Positions 16,830 through 25,488 of a stretch of 25,488 bases of DNA are shown here, piece by piece. The DNA lies in NCBI GenBank assembly GCA_964636085.1, contig CAZWPQ010000021.1, positions 1 through 25,488 of the forward strand, read 5' to 3'. Positions within the stretch are counted from its first letter, which is position 1; each line of letters starts with the position of its first letter. The notes below the pieces were generated by a model. That model ran no database searches. It saw nothing but the letters and a program-made list of their open reading frames with translations, and was not told where the DNA came from. A program made the translations under genes and the position numbers. The DNA comes from an uncultured Nitrososphaerota archaeon. Its GTDB lineage: Archaea > Asgardarchaeota > Njordarchaeia > Njordarchaeales > Panguiarchaeaceae.

Positions 16830-17828
16830 TTATTCTTCCTCTAGATCCCTAATGCCATCGTAGGCAATTCTAAATACACATTCGCTTTCTGGTAGACATG
16901 GAGAATCCTCTATTCTCGCAACTCTTTTATCCCCTCTTGACTTCCTGAGATTCACTCTCGTTGTTACATGGTGGGCCACTATATGGCCACCTATAGCACT
17001 CATCTGAGGGCCCAAGAATGATGCTGGGTTTGCAACAACTTGGTTGGTTACTACTACAGCTATATTAAATGCCCATGCTAAGCGGGCGAGATCATGTAAA
17101 TGGACATTTAGCTTTTGTTGCCTCACCGCTAGCTGATCTATACCTACATATTCGGATCTAAATAGCGCAGTAAGACTGTCCTCTACTATAAGTTTTATGT
17201 TCTCTTTTTGTATTATCCTTCGGGCATCTCTAACTGCTTTTATTTGTTGTTCTGTGGAGAAAACTCTGGCAACGATTATATTGTCAAGTGCCGTATCTGG
17301 ATCTATACCGAACCGTTGTGCGATTGGTATTATTCTCTCAGGCCTAAAGGTGCCTTCAGTATCGATAAAGAGACATTTTCCATTGAGCCCCCCTTTTTCC
17401 TCTGGTAGCTGAACAGTTATTGCTATGGTAAAGGCGATTTGAGTTTTCCCGACCCTATATTCGCCATAGAACTCTGTTATTGCTTGGGTTTCGATGCCTC
17501 CTCCAAGCAAATCGTCGAGAGATTTTGAACCCGTAGTCAATCTTTTTACATTTCTGCGTAATGAAAGAAATTCTCGCGCACTTATGAATCCTAGCCCTAT
17601 CTTCTGTCTGGCAGCGTCTACAATTTTATTTGCCAAGTTACTAGATATATTTGCTTCTTCTTCTAGAGTCCTTGGTGGGGTTACAGCGATAAGCTCGAGA
17701 CTTGTATATCCGCTCTCAATAAGTTTTTGTGCTGTTGCTTTTCCTACACCACTAAGAGACATAATTGTTTTTAGTATTTCATCTTCTGCTTTTTTTGAAG
17801 TTGTTTTTCTCCTTGTTCTCTGCGACAT
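16830..17828 (-). CDS. radA: DNA repair and recombination protein RadA
   Basis: N-terminal HhH (LSGVGKATAQKL), F.SA polymerisation motif, LTTGSKSLDDLLGGGIET, Walker A GEYRVGKT, IDTEGTFRPERI, DSLTALFRSEY, RQQKL, TNQV, GGHIVAH, DSPCLPE. Confidence 0.97.
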   Translation of the reverse strand: MSQRTRRKTTSKKAEDEILKTIMSLSGVGKATAQKLIESGYTSLELIAVTPPRTLEEEANISSNLANKIVDAARQKIGLGFISAREFLSLRRNVKRLTTGSKSLDDLLGGGIETQAITEFYGEYRVGKTQIAFTIAITVQLPEEKGGLNGKCLFIDTEGTFRPERIIPIAQRFGIDPDTALDNIIVARVFSTEQQIKAVRDARRIIQKENIKLIVEDSLTALFRSEYVGIDQLAVRQQKLNVHLHDLARLAWAFNIAVVVTNQVVANPASFLGPQMSAIGGHIVAHHVTTRVNLRKSRGDKRVARIEDSPCLPESECVFRIAYDGIRDLEEE

Positions 17829-17918
17829 TATTATCACTATTTATTTTTCATAGAGTCTTCAAAATATTGAAAATTATAGATGAAAATAAAAAACTGATTT
17901 TATGGTATTATCGAAGTA

Positions 17919-18335
17919 TCAGATTATTTGAGTTGCTATTTTTCCAACATTAGGGAACCTACGAGCAGCCTCTTTCGCTACAGGCCCCTTTATTAGCGAT
18001 CCCTTGGGGTTCCCTTCCTCGTCAATTATGACAGCGGCATTATCCTCAAATTGTATCCAACTTCCATCCTTCCTTCTATATGGTTTTCTCTGCCGGATTA
18101 TCACTGCGCGATATATTTGATGCTTAGTATCAGGCGTGCCCTCCTTTACAACAACAACGACGACATCGCCAACTCCGGCCTTAGGGTATCTCCTTTTTCT
18201 GCCTTTATACCCCAAAACAGCGATAACTTGGGCTATTCGAGCACCACTGTTATCGGCGATTTCTAGTTTTGTTCCTGTGACAATGCCATACGAAGTTTTT
18301 ATTCTAGGTAATTTCACTGCCTTTCTCTTAGGCAT
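17919..18335 (-). CDS. rpl14: 50S ribosomal protein uL14
   Basis: Motifs IADNSGAR, AGVGD, AVIIRQRKPYRRKDG, FEDNAAVI, KGSLIKGPVAKEAA. Confidence 0.97.
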   Translation of the reverse strand: MPKRKAVKLPRIKTSYGIVTGTKLEIADNSGARIAQVIAVLGYKGRKRRYPKAGVGDVVVVVVKEGTPDTKHQIYRAVIIRQRKPYRRKDGSWIQFEDNAAVIIDEEGNPKGSLIKGPVAKEAARRFPNVGKIATQII

Positions 18336-18452
18336 TAGTTACACCAAGTTTCTAAAATATAATTGTTATTTTTTTATATGGGGTTATATCGATAATTAAA
18401 GTTATTGCGTTGGATAGGGGATGCCTAGAACTATGACGGATGGTGATATTTC

Positions 18453-21400
18453 TTGATACCCAAAAAACTATCTGAGATAATATTTGGAATAATGTCGCCA
18501 GATGAAATTATAAAAATGAGTGTGGTATCAATTAACTCTGCGGAGCTTTATTCTTCGGAAGGAAATCCGATGAAGGGAGGGCCTCTGGATCCAAGATTAG
18601 GGCCTGCTACAAATGAGCAATGTATAACGTGTGGTTTAAAAAGAAGGCAAGGTAGATTTGGATGCGTGGGGCATTTTGGGTATATCGAGCTTGCTATGCC
18701 TGTTTATCACTTAGCATTTATTAAGTGGATTCAGAAGGTTTTAAACGCCATCTGTGATAGGTGTGGCAGATTAACTCTCCCTCCGCAGGACAGAGAGAAG
18801 GCATGGAAGCGTATGAGGAAATTCTTAAATGTATATGGTCACCCTAAAATAGAACTGGCTAAAAAAATCTTAGACAAGGCTGCACAGATAAAAGTTTGTC
18901 CCTATTGTGGCCATAAGCGTCAAGCACCATTTCGTTTTGATAGTCAGCTAATGACCTTTGTTAGGCTCATAGAGATAAATGCTGAGGATGTTAAGAGATA
19001 TGAGGAGCAGAATGCGCGTATTATAAAAAAGGTGAAGGGAGGAAAACTTAGGTATTACTATCAAAGGAAGTATGAGCCTGAGGAAATAAGAGAGATTCTG
19101 GCCAGTATATATAGTCAATATGAGCATCTAGAAAATGAAGAATCTGAGGAACGTAGAAAGGATCTGATTCTAATGGGCTTTCATCCAGAAAGAAGCAGAC
19201 CTGAGTGGACAATTTTGAGGGTTTTTCCGGTACCGCCGTTGACTATAAGACCTCCGGCGATACCAGCTTCTGGAGAAAGACAGGAAGACCAACTGACACT
19301 GGTACTTAGGGATCTCATAAGGGAAAATAATAAGCTAAAAGATAAATTGGAGGGTGGACCAAGGAAAGTAATGGAGCAATATTGGCTCCGTATACAACAT
19401 TTAATTGAAATATTTTTCGGTCTTAAAAAACGTTCAAGAGTACGAAAGGAACCCAAGGGAATATTCCATAGGCTACATGGTAAGGAAGGGATCTTTAGGA
19501 AATACCTTAGTGGTAAGCGTGTAGATTATAGTGCAAGAGCTGTTATATCGCCTGACCCATATATTTCAGTGGATGAGGTAGGTGTTCCCAAAAAAGTAGC
19601 TAAAAACTTTTTGGTAGCTGAGGTTGTCAATAAATATAACATAGATTCATTAAGAGAACTTATCAGAAGGGGCCCCTGGAGATATCCTGGAGCAGTGTAT
19701 ATCCACAAAAGAATGCCTGATGGAACATTTCATAAAATCATGCTAGAGCCTCTTAGTAGTGACCTCCTAGAAAAACATGCCAATGAATTACAGCCAGGGG
19801 ATATTGTTGAGAGGCATCTGATGGATGGTGATGTAGTGGTTTTTAATAGGCAGCCAACTCTACATAGGATCTCTATGATGGGACATTATGCGAGGATACT
19901 GCCCCATAATACCTTCCGTATAAATCTACTAACATGCACACCCTACAACGCTGACTTTGATGGGGACGAAATGAATCTTCATTTAGCTCGTTTCTATGAG
20001 ACTAGAGCGGAGCTTTCTATTTTGATGGAAGTAAAGAAACACATAATAACGCCCAGGTATGGTGGGCCGATAATAGGCCCTAAGCAAGACTATATAACTA
20101 GTGCTTTTTTGCTTACAAAACCAGGAACGTATCTAGCAAAGGATGAGGTATATCAGTTGCTCTATTACGTTGGAATAACAGAGCCAATTCCACCTACAAA
20201 AATTATTGATGGAAAAGAGTTATGGAGCGGTAGAGATGTTTTTTCGACAATAATACCGCCAGGGATTTTTTATAAGGGCAAAATTAAAGGTCTGCCTTTG
20301 GGAATTCGCGACAGGACTTTGACTATAAGAATATGGGATGGTAGAATTATAGAGGGCTTTATTGATAAAAATTCAATAGGTGCCGAAAAACCTGAGAATC
20401 TTATACAGAAATTAGTTGAGAAGTATGGATATGATGCAGCGAGGGACTTTCTTAATAAACTTTCGGCTATGCTTATAAGACACATTACGGATCGCGGATT
20501 CAGTATAACCCTTTGGGATGTATATGTTCCTTATGAGGTTAGAAAGAAGATAAGGAAGATACTTGATAAGTACATAAAAAAGGCTAATGAGCTTGTGGAT
20601 AAGTATCTTAGGAATGAATTGGAACCTGAGGCTGGTTTGAGTGCTAGAGAAACTCTAGAGGATAAGTTAATAGAATTATTTGAAGCCGCGCGGGGAGAGG
20701 CAGGTAATGAGATTGTTAAACATATGCCTACGGACAGTCAGTTTATGATAATGACGCTTACTGGTGCAAGAGGTGGCGACTTAAATATACAACAAGTTCT
20801 TGCAACTGTTGGTCTGGCATTAGTGCGTGGCAAGAGACTTTCAAGGGGATATATAGATAGAACACTCCCGCACTTCAAGAAGGGAGATATTGGACATGCT
20901 GCTGGAGGGTTTGTTATTAAAAATTTTGTAGAGGGTCTAGATCCAATCGAATATTTCTTCCATAATGCCTCGGGTCGTGATTCCTTGGTGGATACAGCCA
21001 TAAGAACGGCGGACTCGGGGTATTTCTATAGGCGTCTTGTTAATGCTCTACAGGATATTAGAATAGAGTACGATGGCAGTGCTAGGACTATTGATGGAAG
21101 GATAATACAATTCAAGTATGGAGGTGATTGCATACATACAGGTAAATCATATCATGGAAAACTAACGGACATAGAGACTCTGCTAGAAGAGATAATAATG
21201 GATAGGGCAAGGAAAAAGATCCCTGGTGTACCAAAATCTCAATGGCCGAAGTATTATGATAAAATTATTGAGCTTATCAGAGAGAATATCTCAAAGGCTA
21301 CTGCAGACGACTTATATGAGGTTCTGAGAGATTACTACAACAGGAATATTGTTTTCTCGGAGGAAGAATTAAAGAAACTCTACAGTGACATATACAATAG

Positions 21401-22466
21401 GTATTTGAGATCTATTGTTGATCCAGGTGAGTCTATAGGCGTAGTGGCTAGTCAGTCCTTGTCTGAACCAGCAACACAGCTTACACTACGTACATTCCAC
21501 TGGGCGGGAGCAGTCGCCATTACTAGGGGGCTGCCGAGATTAAAAGAAATATTTGATGCTGTAAGGAGATTGAAGAGGCCGATGATTAGGGCATATCTAG
21601 AGAAACAATATAGACACAATGAAAAGAAGGCTAGAAAAGTTTTGAACGAGATTAAGGGTATAAGGCTGGAGGATGTTGTTAATAGTATAACTCTAGATCC
21701 AGAAGGTAGGCAGATAATCGTAGAAGTGGATGTATCTAAGCTAAAGAGAATTGGGTTAAAATTCAATGATATTGTGGAGAAGTTGGAGTCCAGCAAAAAA
21801 ATAAATGTGGATGTAGAGGGACGGTTCATATATATATCACTTGTAGATGAAAAGAAGAAAACTAGGACAGCCCGGAGGCTTTCCCTTGGAGAATTATACA
21901 TAAAAATAAGGAATTTTGTGATAAAGGGGATAGCCGATTACTGGGATGCTAAAATTGGGAGGGAAGAGATCGATAAGAAGAAGGCCATATATGAATATTA
22001 TATAAACATAGCGGCGAACGATATTTCGTACCTGTTGTATCAAGAAGGAATAGACCTATCTAGATTGGAGACAAACAATATAAGGGAGTTTGCAAGGATA
22101 TATGGTATAGAAGCGGCGAGGTTGCTTGCAATAAAAGAGACGATTGACGTATTAGATGATTATTCTCTTGATGTTGATACGAGACATATAACGCTCGCTG
22201 TCGACACGCAAGTCTGGAGCGGTAAAGTTGTTGCTATAGGTAGGTATGGGCTCATTAGGGCGAAACCTTCGGTCCTAGCTCGTGCGGCGTTTGAGGAGGT
22301 TAAGAAGCATATAGTTGCTGCTGCGATATGTGGGGAAGTAGATCATATAGCTGGAATATCTGAGAGCGTTGTAACTGGCCAGCAAATACCGGTGGGCACG
22401 GGCATGGTTAAGATTCTGTATGGTTCACCAAGCCAACTAAGAAAGCGTGGGAGAGAAAGTAAGTAG
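18453..22466 (+). CDS. rpo1: DNA-directed RNA polymerase largest subunit Rpo1, with A' and A'' fused in one ORF
   Basis: Zn site CITC...CVGHFG, GKRVDYSAR, NRQPTLH, catalytic YNADFDGDEMN (NADFDGD at 19947-19967), bridge helix TAIRTADSGY. The same frame continues into A'' motifs PGESIG..ASQSLSEPATQLTLRTFH, GLPRLKE, AAFEE, GTG. GGTGA SD before the TTG. Confidence 0.97.
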   Translation: MIPKKLSEIIFGIMSPDEIIKMSVVSINSAELYSSEGNPMKGGPLDPRLGPATNEQCITCGLKRRQGRFGCVGHFGYIELAMPVYHLAFIKWIQKVLNAICDRCGRLTLPPQDREKAWKRMRKFLNVYGHPKIELAKKILDKAAQIKVCPYCGHKRQAPFRFDSQLMTFVRLIEINAEDVKRYEEQNARIIKKVKGGKLRYYYQRKYEPEEIREILASIYSQYEHLENEESEERRKDLILMGFHPERSRPEWTILRVFPVPPLTIRPPAIPASGERQEDQLTLVLRDLIRENNKLKDKLEGGPRKVMEQYWLRIQHLIEIFFGLKKRSRVRKEPKGIFHRLHGKEGIFRKYLSGKRVDYSARAVISPDPYISVDEVGVPKKVAKNFLVAEVVNKYNIDSLRELIRRGPWRYPGAVYIHKRMPDGTFHKIMLEPLSSDLLEKHANELQPGDIVERHLMDGDVVVFNRQPTLHRISMMGHYARILPHNTFRINLLTCTPYNADFDGDEMNLHLARFYETRAELSILMEVKKHIITPRYGGPIIGPKQDYITSAFLLTKPGTYLAKDEVYQLLYYVGITEPIPPTKIIDGKELWSGRDVFSTIIPPGIFYKGKIKGLPLGIRDRTLTIRIWDGRIIEGFIDKNSIGAEKPENLIQKLVEKYGYDAARDFLNKLSAMLIRHITDRGFSITLWDVYVPYEVRKKIRKILDKYIKKANELVDKYLRNELEPEAGLSARETLEDKLIELFEAARGEAGNEIVKHMPTDSQFMIMTLTGARGGDLNIQQVLATVGLALVRGKRLSRGYIDRTLPHFKKGDIGHAAGGFVIKNFVEGLDPIEYFFHNASGRDSLVDTAIRTADSGYFYRRLVNALQDIRIEYDGSARTIDGRIIQFKYGGDCIHTGKSYHGKLTDIETLLEEIIMDRARKKIPGVPKSQWPKYYDKIIELIRENISKATADDLYEVLRDYYNRNIVFSEEELKKLYSDIYNRYLRSIVDPGESIGVVASQSLSEPATQLTLRTFHWAGAVAITRGLPRLKEIFDAVRRLKRPMIRAYLEKQYRHNEKKARKVLNEIKGIRLEDVVNSITLDPEGRQIIVEVDVSKLKRIGLKFNDIVEKLESSKKINVDVEGRFIYISLVDEKKKTRTARRLSLGELYIKIRNFVIKGIADYWDAKIGREEIDKKKAIYEYYINIAANDISYLLYQEGIDLSRLETNNIREFARIYGIEAARLLAIKETIDVLDDYSLDVDTRHITLAVDTQVWSGKVVAIGRYGLIRAKPSVLARAAFEEVKKHIVAAAICGEVDHIAGISESVVTGQQIPVGTGMVKILYGSPSQLRKRGRESK

Positions 22467-22517
22467 GGGGTTGCCTATAAAATTACATATTATACTAAGA
22501 TAGACTAGGGGGTTGAC

Positions 22518-22877
22518 ATGGGTAGGATTAAGCCTAGGTTCGTTAAAAACATCGCTAGGTACATCGTTGCTAACTACTTTAATCTGCTGAAAAGTGTTTG
22601 GGATAAGTCTATTGAGTTGCAACAACTGACAGGTAACAACAAACTTGCGGGGGAGTTCAGGTTTAATGCTTATAAGAATATTGTCGATAAATTGACGAAT
22701 ATAAAATCAAAGAGAATACGGAATAAGGTGGCGGGGGCTATTGTTAGGTTAATGAAGCAGATATTAATTCTGGAGAGGATCTCGCTTGAGGAGCTCAGGG
22801 CTAAATACCATTTAAAGCCTAGGGAAGAAATTATAAGTGAAGGGGTAGAACATGCGGAATTATACTCTGAGGGATGA
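22518..22877 (+). CDS. rps17e: 30S ribosomal protein eS17
   Basis: MGRIKPRFVKNIA...SKRIRNKVAG; carries an internal insertion and a C-terminal extension. Confidence 0.88.
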   Translation: MGRIKPRFVKNIARYIVANYFNLLKSVWDKSIELQQLTGNNKLAGEFRFNAYKNIVDKLTNIKSKRIRNKVAGAIVRLMKQILILERISLEELRAKYHLKPREEIISEGVEHAELYSEG

Positions 22878-22892
22878 ACAGGCATATATGTA

Positions 22893-23624
22893 TTGGTGGT
22901 AAAGTGTCTAGATTTGATGGGTTATGTAGAACGTAACAAGGTATTTCTTATCCTTCACAAATTTAAGTTTTCAATAATTATAATATCTATAGTGATCCTA
23001 GCTAGCTTAAGCCCTCTTTATCTACATACGAGTAGGATCATAAGGCCACTGTCTATTGATCTCATTTACATTGGGGATGGATATTCATCGCTCTTAACGT
23101 ACTCCTTTGCATATCTGGCAGTGGGTTTTATTGGTACAATCCAGTTATTTTTTGACACATTATTAATGTTGATCTTGCTGCCTAGAGCCGAGAGAATATT
23201 CGGTGTATGGACGGCAATAAGCTTTTTCCTAGGTAATTTGCTTGGAGGTATATTTGTGATTCATTTTGATGTTTTCTTGGGGATAAAGAGGCCTTATGTT
23301 GGATGCTATCCAGGGATCATGTCAGTTTTTATTCTATATGTCCTGTATAGGCCGAGGATAAAACAGTTGCTATTCATAGTTTTTCCTGGCGGGTTCGCTC
23401 TCCCATATCGAAGTAGATTAAGAAGTATTGCATTAATGAATCTAGGAGTTTCGATATGCAGTATTTACTATAGGATCATACCAATAAACTACATATGCTT
23501 TGAATCGTACCTAGTCAGCATTATTTTATCTTTTATCATATATAAATTTGTGTTAGCAAGGTGTCTATATAAGGACAAGTTCGGTTCAATGAGGATGCTC
23601 AAGTTGAGTGATCAAAATGATTGA
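22893..23624 (+). CDS. Rhomboid-fold membrane protein lacking catalytic residues (start may be ATG 22917)
   Basis: About six hydrophobic segments. LLTYSF, LFFD.L.....AERIFG, FFLGNLLGG and VGCYPG....Y..YRP follow the rhomboid layout, but neither the GxSG Ser nor the TM6 His is present. Confidence 0.65.
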   Translation: MVVKCLDLMGYVERNKVFLILHKFKFSIIIISIVILASLSPLYLHTSRIIRPLSIDLIYIGDGYSSLLTYSFAYLAVGFIGTIQLFFDTLLMLILLPRAERIFGVWTAISFFLGNLLGGIFVIHFDVFLGIKRPYVGCYPGIMSVFILYVLYRPRIKQLLFIVFPGGFALPYRSRLRSIALMNLGVSICSIYYRIIPINYICFESYLVSIILSFIIYKFVLARCLYKDKFGSMRMLKLSDQND

Positions 23625-24963
23625 CTTTTTGGTTATTGGCGGAGGAATGGCTGGTATACTAGGCGCATCCTACTTATCGGATGACTACAAAACAACAGTG
23701 ATTGAGAGATTACCTATTGAGCAAGTGGGCGAGAATATCTGGGGGATAATGAATGAAAAAGCGTTTAGAGGAATAGTTCGCGAGTTTGGAATGGAGGATA
23801 TAGATAGGGCATTATTCTTCGATTACATTCAAATACATGACTGTGATGGAAGAGTATTAGTAGAGTATAATCTACCATTAGTCGCTGTAAAAGTGGGCTA
23901 TATTCACAAGGCGATGCTAAAAACTTTCGATGGGTTTTGCCTGAGAGAAAAAATATCAGCTACAAAACTTATTGAGAAAGGTGGTATAGTCATAAAGGTT
24001 GGTCTGGAAGGAAAGAAGCACGAAGCAGCAACCTTCCGACATCTTATTGACGCATCTGGCTTCTCTTTATTCACCAGCAAAAAGAATATGATAAGAGAAA
24101 GACATTATTTATTTGGTCACAACATCTATAAGTTTTTTCAGTCTAGTATTAGAGATATCCATACAGATGTAGATAAGGCAATGCTTCATCTAGTTATGTG
24201 CGATGTATACACTCCTGGTGGTTTTTCTGTAACATTCTTTAACAAAAATAACGCTATTGTATGTGGGTTCTACAATGAATATATGTCAAAAATACCTGCG
24301 AGTGAGAGAGTCAATTACATAAAAAATAGTCTAGGCATCTTAGGTATTTTATATGAAACCCATATGTGGCGTATACCAATGTGCCACCCCCTAGTTGATG
24401 TCGCATACGGGAATATCTTTTTATTAGGAGCGTCCACATTATCGATTTATCCAAAATTTACATCTGGTGTTGTGCACAATATGGACTTAACGAAGGGTAT
24501 GATCACACAATTAATTAGAATTATAAACGAGCAAGACGATATAAGTCATGCTGGCTACGTTTATACGCAATCTTATATATACAATCATATATATAGAGGC
24601 CTAGTAAATGATATCATACGGCTTCTTCTACTAACAATGAGATCATCAGAGATAGAGGAAGTCATGAATATCGTGATCGGCTTCATAAAAGATCTGTCAA
24701 AAGAGAAAGTGAGTATACTTGATATACCAAATATGGCAACTTTTGCATCGAAATTTTTGGGGAGACCAAATGTTGCTCGAATAATACAGAAGCTTATGAA
24801 CACGATTATTCAACTATACCTACTATTAAAAGACTTCCCCAAGGATAAAAATAATCTTGTCGAATGGTCTAGGGAGTATAATGAGAATTACTTCAGTAGG
24901 GTCAAAGACATCGTAAACTCAAGATTACTGTCGAGGGTACCTATAAGCGATTTAACAAAATAA
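23617..24963 (+). CDS. FAD-dependent oxidoreductase, divergent geranylgeranyl reductase family
   Basis: Rossmann DFLVIGGGMAG, VIER, IDASG, PGGFSVTF (cf. PGGY.W.F), LLGAS....P...SG. Confidence 0.75.
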   Translation: MIDFLVIGGGMAGILGASYLSDDYKTTVIERLPIEQVGENIWGIMNEKAFRGIVREFGMEDIDRALFFDYIQIHDCDGRVLVEYNLPLVAVKVGYIHKAMLKTFDGFCLREKISATKLIEKGGIVIKVGLEGKKHEAATFRHLIDASGFSLFTSKKNMIRERHYLFGHNIYKFFQSSIRDIHTDVDKAMLHLVMCDVYTPGGFSVTFFNKNNAIVCGFYNEYMSKIPASERVNYIKNSLGILGILYETHMWRIPMCHPLVDVAYGNIFLLGASTLSIYPKFTSGVVHNMDLTKGMITQLIRIINEQDDISHAGYVYTQSYIYNHIYRGLVNDIIRLLLLTMRSSEIEEVMNIVIGFIKDLSKEKVSILDIPNMATFASKFLGRPNVARIIQKLMNTIIQLYLLLKDFPKDKNNLVEWSREYNENYFSRVKDIVNSRLLSRVPISDLTK

Positions 24964-24983
24964 ATAAAACTTGTTTTGGTGAT

Positions 24984-25487
24984 TTAAAAAACGCGTCTTT
25001 TTTTAAGAACAAGAATCAATAGTAAGATTGTTACGGGTATAGCAAAGAGAGCTATATATGAGATAAGCTTCCATCCTCCCCCTGCTGGAGTTGTTGTATA
25101 TACAATTGTGGAAGATGGTGGTGTAGTTGGGGCGACAGAGGGATAGTCATTAGGGTCATTTGGATCAGTATTATAGCTAAGTTCATCACCATCGCTCCAC
25201 CCGTCGCCATCAGTATCGGGATTAGCAGGATCCGTTCCCAGGTAATACTCGTCTATATTATTTATGCCATCGCTATCGAGATCGCCAGTAGAATCATTAA
25301 CTGTTGGATTAAGAGCATGTTCGGCTTCCCATCCATCCGGCATTCCATCATTATCTGTATCGTTATCATAGGGATCAGTCCCACAAAGAAACTCCTCAAC
25401 AGTTGTTAATCCGTCTGTGTCATTATCAAATAATGCGTCTGAGCTGTTGAGTGGGTCGAAATTGTATTCTACTTCCCATCCGTCGGG
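24984..25487 (-). CDS. Cell-surface protein with Ca-binding DxDxDG (thrombospondin type-3-like) repeats and a C-terminal membrane anchor (5'-partial)
   Basis: The frame is open to the window edge ([54 protein letters not shown]...DSDG...DTDGDG). It ends in an S/T/P linker, a TM helix and KKRR. Confidence 0.9.
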   Translation of the reverse strand, partial: PDGWEVEYNFDPLNSSDALFDNDTDGLTTVEEFLCGTDPYDNDTDNDGMPDGWEAEHALNPTVNDSTGDLDSDGINNIDEYYLGTDPANPDTDGDGWSDGDELSYNTDPNDPNDYPSVAPTTPPSSTIVYTTTPAGGGWKLISYIALFAIPVTILLLILVLKKRRVF

Positions 25488-25488
25488 T

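Noticed and set aside
18453-22466. Intein explaining the length of Rpo1
   Set aside because: The length is accounted for by A' plus A''; no intein splice motifs or LAGLIDADG blocks seen.
1043-24803. Many antisense or out-of-frame ORFs inside housekeeping genes (e.g. 1993-2484, 3946-4533, 8922-9383, 21452-21901)
   Set aside because: They overlap well-supported genes and show Ser/Ile/Phe-rich antisense composition.

Overview
Chromosomal archaeal window, most likely from a thermophilic Asgard-type archaeon. This is inferred from a Rab-like small GTPase, a Roadblock/LC7 protein, a single-chain Rpo1, a tungsten FOR-type enzyme, a ThermoDBP-related protein and GGTGA Shine-Dalgarno motifs. Most genes are housekeeping but in an unusually scrambled order: argS (5'-partial), rpl3-rpl4-rpl23, an AMMECR1-udp-elp3-RecA paralog-Roadblock-YhbY run, radA, an isolated rpl14, fused rpo1 and rps17e. 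The rest comprises two intron-containing tRNAs (Trp-CCA, Tyr-GTA), a ferredoxin plus formaldehyde/aldehyde:ferredoxin oxidoreductase pair, a rhomboid-like protein lacking catalytic residues, a divergent geranylgeranyl reductase-like flavoprotein, and the 3' end of a Ca-binding-repeat surface protein. Four leads stand out. (i) A Rab-like GTPase lies head-to-head with an alpha-solenoid repeat protein, with a Roadblock gene nearby. (ii) The 66-nt tRNA-Tyr intron is highly structured and complementary to its own 5' exon. (iii) tRNA-Trp carries two insertions. (iv) A sharp local AC-to-GT strand-composition switch surrounds a hairpin-rich intergenic region. No CRISPR array, transposase or integrase was seen. 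All family assignments come from motif recognition by eye; no searches were run.
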